64,000 nt of DNA from Bryobacterales bacterium (GTDB lineage: Bacteria > Acidobacteriota > Terriglobia > Bryobacterales > UBA6623). The stretch spans positions 16,832-80,831 of the forward strand of contig CBDBHI010000056.1 in assembly GCA_965205595.1 (NCBI GenBank), given 5' to 3'. Below, piece by piece: positions 56,715-64,000 of the stretch (position 1 is the first letter of the stretch; every line of letters starts with the position of its first letter). The notes under the pieces were generated by a model. It saw only the letters and a list, made by a program, of their open reading frames with translations. It was not told the origin of the DNA and did no database searches. The position numbers and the translations under genes were made by a program.

Positions 56715-58326
56715 CGTCTTGTCCAATACAAGATGAGCCTGAAGGGAGGGGTGATTCCAACACAAGATGAGCCTGGAGGTAATTTGGGCAAGGTCGATTA
56801 GGAACAGGCAAACTGCGGGCGATGGGAGTCGCCGTGCAGCAAGCCGAATCACTGAGTCTCGATGAGATCGAGAGTTTTCTTGACGGGTGTGGGTCCGTCG
56901 AGTTCCAGGCCGGAAGTCGAGCGGATAAATACGCGCTCGTCGAAGGCGTCCTGAAGAGGCATCATTATGCCGACCAGAAGCGCTCGGTTAAAGGATTGTT
57001 GAGACGCTTCCTGAGCAAGCTAACCGGCTTAAGCCGCGCCCAATTGACTCGCCTCATCGGGCAGTTTTTGCGCGAAAAGTGCGTTCGGCCGACAGCCTAT
57101 CGAAGGCGCCGCTTCCCCACCAAGTACAGCCGCGCCGACATCGTTCTCCTGGCGCATGTCGACCAAGTACAGCAACGTCTCTCCGGGCCGGCGACGCGTC
57201 GCATTCTCCAGCGCGAGTTCCAAATCTACAACCGCAAGGAGTTCGAACGCCTTGCCGAACTGTCGGTGGGACACCTCTACAACTTGCGCAAACGCGCCGT
57301 CTACCGGCGACACAGTTTGCATCTCGACAAGACTCGACCGACACCCGTGGCGATCGGCGAACGCCGCCAACCCGAGCCGCGAGGACGTCCGGGCTACCTG
57401 CGCATCGACACCGTGCACTCGCCCGAACAGGAAGGTGAAAAAGGCGCCTACAGCATCAACGTGGTCGACGAAGTGACGCAGTGGCAGGCCGTCGGCTGCG
57501 TCCAACGCATCAACGAAAACCACCTCATTCCCTTGCTGGAAGGCCTTTTGGAACAATTTCCATTTATCGTTCGCGGCTTTCACTCCGACAATGGCAGCGA
57601 ATTCGTCAACCATCAAACCGCTAAACTGCTCGAGAAGTTGCGAATTGAATTTACGAAGTCTCGCGCGCGCCGTTCGAACGACAATGCCTTGGTCGAAACC
57701 AAGAACGGCGCGGTGGTGCGCAAGTGGATGGGCTACCAGTTTTTGCCCTCGGAAGCGACGCAGGCGATCGACACCTTCTACCGCCAGTGGCTCAACCCGT
57801 ACTTGAATTTTCATCGCCCATGCGCTTTCGCCAGCGAGCGCCGAGACCGCCGCGGCAAGTTGCGCAAGGTGTACGCCGAGTGGAGCACGCCGTGGGAAAA
57901 GCTGCTCAGCCTGCCCGCCGAGCAGCGCGGCCTGCGCGCGGATCGCTCGCTCAAGAAGCTCCAAGCGCGAGCGGACACTTGTTCCGACACCGAGTTTGCC
58001 GAGCAACTCGACGCTCAGCGCAACGAACTGCAACGCGTCTGCAAAGACCTCGCGATCTGCTGGCGCACGCGCTAGACAACGCCCCGACCCGAGGCGTTGT
58101 CGGCTCCTCCGGCCCACGTCCGAAGACGGCCGTGGGGTCTCGCCTGGGATGGCTGCAAAGGGGGATTGGGGTGCCGCCCCTTCCCCCTTATGCAATCCCC
58201 CTCACCCCGCCCTACGAAGCCACAAATAGCTGTAGCCGCCGACCTCAACTCACGCTATAATCCCCCTCACCCCGCAGCTGCTTCGCCTCTCTCCTTCAGG
58301 CTCATCTTTCAATTGGAAAAGAGGGG
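56715..58326 (+). mobile_element. rve-type IS (IS481/ISNCY-like), copy 2, inserted in group II intron copy B
   Basis: It has the same end architecture as copy 1. The flanks 56572-56714 and 58327-58378 are both homologous to contiguous intron sequence 58393-58590. Confidence 0.7.
56822..58075 (+). CDS. DDE integrase-core (rve) transposase, intact (paralog of 34360..35613)
   Basis: 417 aa. The N-terminal half differs from copy 1 at many residues. The C-terminal ~215 aa are identical. Confidence 0.85.
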   Translation: MGVAVQQAESLSLDEIESFLDGCGSVEFQAGSRADKYALVEGVLKRHHYADQKRSVKGLLRRFLSKLTGLSRAQLTRLIGQFLREKCVRPTAYRRRRFPTKYSRADIVLLAHVDQVQQRLSGPATRRILQREFQIYNRKEFERLAELSVGHLYNLRKRAVYRRHSLHLDKTRPTPVAIGERRQPEPRGRPGYLRIDTVHSPEQEGEKGAYSINVVDEVTQWQAVGCVQRINENHLIPLLEGLLEQFPFIVRGFHSDNGSEFVNHQTAKLLEKLRIEFTKSRARRSNDNALVETKNGAVVRKWMGYQFLPSEATQAIDTFYRQWLNPYLNFHRPCAFASERRDRRGKLRKVYAEWSTPWEKLLSLPAEQRGLRADRSLKKLQARADTCSDTEFAEQLDAQRNELQRVCKDLAICWRTR

Positions 58327-58392
58327 CGCATTCGACTCCCGCACCAGCCCCAGCGCTGGTTATGTTTTCCCTGCGCCGCGTGGCGAGAAATG

Positions 58393-58972
58393 CGGGCTAG
58401 CAAGTGGAATCTTTTGAACATCAACGGCTCTCCCTTCTGTCGCAATCAGCATGCTTGTCTGACTCCGTCAGCATGAAAGCGCCAGGGGCCCCTTCGCTCC
58501 ACTCGCATTACCGAGCTTCTTCGCTACTATGCGCCCCTCCGACTCCCGCACCGGCCCCTGCAAGGGTTATGGATTCCCCTCGCCGGCTTGACGACCTGCG
58601 CCTCTACGAGCGCGCAGCCCCCCTGCCGATGCAGGCCTCCCAGGTTCCTGACGAATCTTTCCACGCGCGCTGTCCGCTTCCACCCCGAAGAGTCCGCCGG
58701 CTGCTTGTGTTCGTTGCTTCACCGACGGTTGCAGGCTTCACCCTACGCGACAGGCTGGCCACTCTCGACTTGCTAACGAGGCTCTCGAACGCGGTTCACT
58801 TGCGTTACGGCTCACGTGTTTGCCTTCTCGGGCTTCGCCCGCCTCGGCCACCAACAGCAGTTACCCGCTGAAGGCGTCCTCCGCGAACGCCGAGTCGGCT
58901 ACGGGGGTGAACGAACGATTCCCACGATGAACTCCTTTCAGTTCACTAGATTCGCCAGACTTAGCCTGGCAC
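58393..58972 (-). mobile_element. group II intron 5' fragment (copy C): 5' end through the region just upstream of the RT start
   Basis: In minus sense it starts GTGCCAGGCTAAGTCTGGCGAATC at 58972. Its last ~143 nt repeat 56572-56714 with 4 differences by eye. It ends at GCTAGCCCG, where it abuts a 25-nt end fragment of the long-hairpin repeat. Confidence 0.7.
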
Positions 58973-58983
58973 TCCGCGCGCCG

Positions 58984-59031
58984 GCAAGCGGTTTCCTCGA
59001 AGGCATTGATCCCTTCGAGGAAACCGCTTGC
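58984..59031. repeat. perfect 20-bp stem / 8-nt loop hairpin next to the intron 5' end
   Basis: GCAAGCGGTTTCCTCGAAGG cattgatc CCTTCGAGGAAACCGCTTGC. In minus sense it lies 11 nt upstream of the putative intron 5' end. Confidence 0.9.
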
Positions 59032-59034
59032 TGG

Positions 59035-60084
59035 GGGGCCGCCGCCGCTGGGCCGGACGTGTGGGCTCTGCCTTTCTCCCTCGACCGGTTGGAACCCACA
59101 GGAGAAGCCTTCTTGGTCGCCCAGGGAGCGGGGGACCACAGCATCGCCGATGACGGCACCCTCGTTGTCGTCGACGTGCTGGGAGGAGGTCACCAACAGC
59201 TGATCTGGAGAGACCGTACCGGCGCGAAGTTGGGGGAGATCGGGAGGTCGCAGAGGGGAATCGGTCAGCCGGCCCTCTCACCCGATGGCCGGCGAGTGGC
59301 GGTGGGCGGGCAAGAGGACGCGTCCACGTCGGCCGACGTTTGGTTGCATGAGGTCGGCCGAGCAGTCACACAGCGACTGACCTTCAACCCCAGCTCCGAA
59401 AACTACCCCGCATGGTCGCCCGACGGCAAAATGATTGTGTTTCGCTCGGGACGTTCCGGGGCGGGCGACCTCTTCCTACGCCAAGCGGACGGGACGGGCG
59501 AGGCGGAACCGTTGGTAAGCTCACCGGTAACGGAGTTCGAGTCCTCTTGGTCGCCAGACGGGCAAAGCGTGATCTACGGCGCGAGGGACCCAGACACTGG
59601 TCAGGCCGACCTTTTCCTTATCAACGTTCGAGGAGGAGGCGCGCCCAAAGCGCTGACGCAGACGCCGTTCAGCGAGCGTGTCGCGGACATCTCTCCAGAC
59701 GGGCTACTTGTGGCCTATTGCTCCGACGAGTCGGGTTCCAACGAGATCTATGTGCGTGAGTTCGCTGCCGGCGGGGGCCGCCGTCAGGTTTCCGAAAATG
59801 GAGGGTGCCAGCCGAGGTGGAACGCCGACGGCCGCGAGCTGTTCTACGTGGAGGGCGAAACGCTGATGGCGGTGAGAATTACTACGCCCCCAGAGATTGA
59901 AGTCGGCCGAGTCGAACGTCTGTTTTCGGATCCGAACTTGCGAAGCGTGATCTGGAGTTACGACGTCTCGGCCGACGGCCGTTTTGTTACGGTCGAAGAT
60001 GTGTCGGTCGAGAGCGAATCACAGCCTGACGCCTCCATCCACGTCATCGAAAACTGGTACGAAGAGTTCCGGGATCGCAAGTAG
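59035..60084 (+). pseudogene. 5'-truncated PD40/TolB-like beta-propeller protein (C-terminal part of a larger protein)
   Basis: Repeats of the type PAWSPDGKMIVFRS..SG..DLFL, SWSPDGQSVIY and DISPDGLLVAYCSDESGSNEIYV, with a C-terminal IHVIENWYEEF. Upstream of about 59035 the ORF-track frame runs through the hairpin and intron RNA domains, so no genuine N-terminus exists. Confidence 0.7.
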
Positions 60085-60987
60085 CCAGAGCCAAAAGGGC
60101 TTAGGTCGAGTTCTCCCGATCGGTGTTGGTAAATCGCGTTTCGCCGAGGTTCCGCCCCGAGCCGGTCACCCCGTCGGAATCGTCCCGAATCCGGCGATTC
60201 GACCATTTTTTCAAAGCTACTGAAAATTTATTTCCGACACAAGTGGCGACAGGCCAGAATCTCTCGGAGGCCTATAAACAGGGCGTTAGAGCCATTTGGC
60301 GAGGGTTTCAGAAGGCCTTCGACGCATCGATTGAGGCAGCGTTTGTTGCCAACAGCTATTGCCTCGTTTCCTCTGAGGCTCATTGATCTTCTCCGACCGT
60401 AGTCCCGCTTTATGCCGCTGGTGGTCGTCGACAGGTGATTAGGCTATCTATCGGGGGCCGATGATGGACCGGGTCTCACGAGGAGCTAGGCAGGTAATCC
60501 GCATCTTGGCGTGGGAGGTCCGCTCGATCGATTAACTGAGCCGAGTCAGAAATCTTCGCCACCCGTGCACAGCACCTATTTCCTTCCAATCTAGAATTTC
60601 AAGAATTTCCTTGTAGGGGTATCCGTGTAGTGCGACCATTTAGACGAGACTCGTCGATCATACGTTCGTAGCATGCGCGCTGCGAGCGAGTTTCGAGAAC
60701 TAGCGACTATTTTCTAGAGGGGACGGCCACATCATGACTTCGGCTAGTGCGGGCGAAGGCGCATGCGGTCTTTTTGTTAGCGCCACCACAGATGATCGAG
60801 CTGTTGTAGCCGTCCCGGCCGATACCGCTCGAATCCTATCAGGTGGTGTAGATCGCGACTCGTCGTGCGCGAGCGGACGCACAAATCACCAACAGTTTTC
60901 ACACGCAGGCTCGACCGATGTCGGCTGTTTGTTTGGGTTGGCTCTTCAGTCGCGATTAGCAATCGCGTAGTCTTCTCTGGAGGAAAT

Positions 60988-63900
60988 ATGAAGAAACGGT
61001 TCGCCGGGCTCGCAGTGTTGAGCCTGTTGTTCGCTATGTCAGCATTCGGCCAGCAAGCCGACACTGCGGTCGTCGTCGGCACCATTGCCGACGTCACGGG
61101 AGCGGTTATTCCAGCCGTCGAGATCCGGCTCAATCACGTCAACACGGGCGCCACGTACACAGCCCAGTCAGATGAGCGCGGTTTCTACCGCACTCCGCCT
61201 CTTCGAATTGGCGAGTACAGCATGGAAGCCGAATCGCCAGGTTTCAAGCGCATGCAACGCACTGGCGTCAACCTAAACGCCGGCGATACCCGACAGGTCG
61301 ACTTGGTGCTGGAGGTCGGCGAAGTCACGGAGACGATTGAGGTCGTCGCCCAAGCGCCCTTGCTGCAAACGCAAGAGGGGTCGACCAGCACGGTAATGGA
61401 TAACCAACAAATTCTTGAGTTGCCCTTGAACGGACGCGATTACCTGCAACTCGCGCGCATTTCGGCCGGCGTGACGCCGCCGGCGCGCTCCGAGGTCGCC
61501 AACCGCCAAGGCGTCAGCGTCGGCGGATCGCAAGCGACCCAGGTTAACTTCCTCATCGACGGCATCGACAACAACAACCAGTCGATCGCCTCCCAAGGCG
61601 GCCAGAAAGAAGCGATCAAGCCGCAGATCGACGCGGTTCAAGAGTTTAAGATCCTCACCAACGCCTACTCAGCGGAGTATGGGCGCTCCATGGGCGGCGT
61701 CGTTATAATGACGACGAAGTCTGGGAGCAACGAACTCCACGGTACAGTTTTCGATTTCTTGCGGAACGAAAAACTGGACGCAAAAAACTTCTTCGTTCCG
61801 CACGAAGTGAAGAAGCCCCCGTTCAAACGCAATCAATACGGATTTGCCATAGGCGGCCCGGTCAAGAAGAACAAGGCTTTTCTGTTCGGCGATATGGAGT
61901 TCAGCGGCATCCGCGAATCGACGACGCGGGTGAATACGATTCCCAGCGTGATCGAGCGGACGGGTGATTTTTCCGGCCAGAGCGATATCGTCCGCGATCC
62001 GCTGACGACGAACTTGGAGACCAGGGCGCGCGATCCGTTCCCGAACAACACGCTTCCTGATAGTCGGATCGACTCGGTCTCGCGGATCACGCGCGATTGG
62101 TGGCCGACGCCGACGAACAGCGGGCGCACTCGGAACCACGTCTTCGTTCCGCCCCGGAACCAGGATCTAAACCGCTGGGACGTCCGTTATGACCAGAGCA
62201 TCGACGATACGAACAACTTTTACTTCCGCATCAGCGGCCAGCAGACCGACAACCTCCGCAATCCAGTTCTTCCGGACAGCGCGGATGGCCTTTACACGCC
62301 AGGCACCAACGTGGACATCACCAACCGCCAAATTGCGCTGGTCTACAACGGAGTCTGGAGCCCTAACCTGGTCGGCTCGTTTCGCACCGGCTGGAGCTAC
62401 ATCGACACTGGCAACACGGCGGAGCAAGATAGGCCCGTGAACCCGCTCATCGGGTTGGACATGGGCAATGGTCTTGACATCTCGACGCGGGGCTCAGGCA
62501 GATTCAGCCCTTCGGGTTTCCGGGACGTCGGACACTGTTGCTTCAACTTCATCGGGTCGCAAACTCGGCAGTTTTCGGGCGACATCACCTGGACGAAGGG
62601 CCGGCACACGATCAAGTTCGGGCACACCACCTACTGGATGCAGAGCCAGATCTTCAACGCCGGCTTCATCACAGGCAGGTTCGTCTTCGACGGCCGGTTT
62701 ACCGAAGATCCGGAAACACGCGCCGGCGGCGATTCGATGGCCGATTACCTGCTCGGCTTCTCGCGGGAAGTTCGCAACTCGAACCACCGGCACATGGCCC
62801 TGCGCGCACCATGGCTGCACCAATATGTTCAAGACGACTGGCGAGTCAGCAACAAGCTAACGATCAACCTCGGCGTACGCTACGAGCTGAGTTTGCCGTG
62901 GGTTGACAAGTTCGACAAGATCTCGAACCTCGATGTCGACACCGACTTGAATCAACCCAAGTTCGTCGTTGTGGGCGAGAGGGGGAGTGGGCGTTTCAAC
63001 CGGGCGCTCGTCACATCAGACACGAATAACTTCGCCCCGCGCGTCGGGTTCGCCTATCGCTGGCAGGAAGATACGGTCATTCGCGGCGGGGTCGGCCTCT
63101 TCTACGCCAACACCATGAATACCGGCGGCGGCGAATTCATGGAGACCAATCCGCCGTCTCACGTCAAGACGCAAATCTCCACGGACCGCCTCACACCTAC
63201 GATCAGCCTGCAAGCCGGGCAAGGAGCGGGTGCCTTGGATCCGCAAAACTCTCCCCCCCTAGTCCCAGGCTCGTTCGAAATCGACCCCCCATGGCCGGTG
63301 GCCGCGCAGTGGAACTTCAACATCCAAAAGCAACTACCGAACAACATTCTTTGGGAAATCGGGTATTTCGGCACCAAGGGAACGCACATCATCCGCAGGT
63401 ACAACCTGAACTTTGCGCGCCCCGGGCCAGGCAACCCTCTCACTCGCCGACGCTGGAGGAGCACTCTGTTTCCCGGAACCGACAATGTGCAAGTGCCGCT
63501 GTCGTTCTTGCACAACTTCCGCAACGACTCCAACTCGAACTATCACGCTTTGCAGACGAAAGTCGAGAAGCGCTACGGCAGCGGCGTGAGCTTCCTGGTT
63601 TCCTACACCTGGTCCAAAGCTATCGGCGACTACAGCTTCATCCCGGGCGAGGACCGAGGGATTGGAGCGAATTGGGGCGTGCAGAACGCCGAGAACCTTC
63701 ATGCCGAGCGCTCGCTATTGAATCAGCACGTCGCCCACCGCGCCGTGGCCAGCTATTTGTACGATCTCCCGTTTGGCAAGGGCCGAAAATACGGATCTGC
63801 CTGGGGAGGGGCCATGAACGCGGTCCTCGGCGGCTGGACGGTCGGTGGCATTAACAGTTTTATTACAGGCTTCCCGATGAACTTGTCCGTCCGTGGCAAT

Positions 63901-64000
63901 CCCTCGAATACCGGCGGGTTCAACCTGGACCGGCCCAACGTCGTCGGCGAGTGGAGGATTGACAATTCGAGCCCGGATCGTTGGTTCAACACGGACGCTT
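60988..64000 (+). CDS. TonB-dependent receptor with N-terminal carboxypeptidase-regulatory-like domain; 3' end outside the window
   Basis: ATG 60988 is preceded by GGAGGA. Signal MKKRFAGLAVLSLLFAMSAFGQ. CarboxypepD_reg pattern GTIADVTGAVIPAVEIRLNHVNTGATYTAQSDERGFYRTPPLRIGEY. Plug ...LPLNGRDYLQLA. The frame is open to the window edge, ending ...NVVGEWRIDNSSPDRWFNTDA. Confidence 0.88.
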   Translation, partial: MKKRFAGLAVLSLLFAMSAFGQQADTAVVVGTIADVTGAVIPAVEIRLNHVNTGATYTAQSDERGFYRTPPLRIGEYSMEAESPGFKRMQRTGVNLNAGDTRQVDLVLEVGEVTETIEVVAQAPLLQTQEGSTSTVMDNQQILELPLNGRDYLQLARISAGVTPPARSEVANRQGVSVGGSQATQVNFLIDGIDNNNQSIASQGGQKEAIKPQIDAVQEFKILTNAYSAEYGRSMGGVVIMTTKSGSNELHGTVFDFLRNEKLDAKNFFVPHEVKKPPFKRNQYGFAIGGPVKKNKAFLFGDMEFSGIRESTTRVNTIPSVIERTGDFSGQSDIVRDPLTTNLETRARDPFPNNTLPDSRIDSVSRITRDWWPTPTNSGRTRNHVFVPPRNQDLNRWDVRYDQSIDDTNNFYFRISGQQTDNLRNPVLPDSADGLYTPGTNVDITNRQIALVYNGVWSPNLVGSFRTGWSYIDTGNTAEQDRPVNPLIGLDMGNGLDISTRGSGRFSPSGFRDVGHCCFNFIGSQTRQFSGDITWTKGRHTIKFGHTTYWMQSQIFNAGFITGRFVFDGRFTEDPETRAGGDSMADYLLGFSREVRNSNHRHMALRAPWLHQYVQDDWRVSNKLTINLGVRYELSLPWVDKFDKISNLDVDTDLNQPKFVVVGERGSGRFNRALVTSDTNNFAPRVGFAYRWQEDTVIRGGVGLFYANTMNTGGGEFMETNPPSHVKTQISTDRLTPTISLQAGQGAGALDPQNSPPLVPGSFEIDPPWPVAAQWNFNIQKQLPNNILWEIGYFGTKGTHIIRRYNLNFARPGPGNPLTRRRWRSTLFPGTDNVQVPLSFLHNFRNDSNSNYHALQTKVEKRYGSGVSFLVSYTWSKAIGDYSFIPGEDRGIGANWGVQNAENLHAERSLLNQHVAHRAVASYLYDLPFGKGRKYGSAWGGAMNAVLGGWTVGGINSFITGFPMNLSVRGNPSNTGGFNLDRPNVVGEWRIDNSSPDRWFNTDA

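Noticed and set aside
60123-60386. 87-aa plus-strand ORF upstream of the TonB receptor gene
   Set aside because: It has no SD and no recognisable motif, and it starts at a non-ATG codon within a low-GC non-coding stretch. The evidence is insufficient to call a gene.

Overview
High-GC (about 60%) bacterial chromosomal window. It is probably from an Acidobacteriota-like organism; this is inferred only from gene content (CarboxypepD_reg-type TonB receptor, PD40 propeller remnant, many sulfatases). All calls come from reading the sequence and ORF track by eye, and family names rest on remembered motifs, not searches. The housekeeping backbone comprises metG, a tatD-family hydrolase, larC, a LeuA-type synthase with a divergent LysR regulator, gluQ, accC plus a BCCP gene, lptE-pssA-psd, an S41 peptidase and ccmE. 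Interleaved with it are glycan-degradation genes: four sulfatases, a CE15-like esterase and a TAT-exported Gfo/Idh/MocA oxidoreductase. The window also carries an unusually heavy load of mobile DNA: two IS110-family elements, an IS701/IS4-like element, an IS4 element, an ISKra4 element with a perfect 9-bp target duplication, two copies of an rve-type IS, an IS1182 element with a 5-bp duplication, an IS256 element and three diverged fragments of one group II intron family. Two families of non-coding palindromic repeats are also present. About half of the transposase/RT genes are broken by a nonsense codon or by frameshifts. The parts most worth a second look are: (1) the nested intron/IS256/rve-IS mosaic at 53.3-59.0 kb; (2) the non-coding 5' end of the intact IS110 element, a bridge-RNA candidate; (3) a 184-188 bp long-hairpin repeat that contains the tatD start codon; (4) homopolymer (A8/A9) recoding candidates in two IS elements. 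I saw no rRNA, tRNA or CRISPR array.
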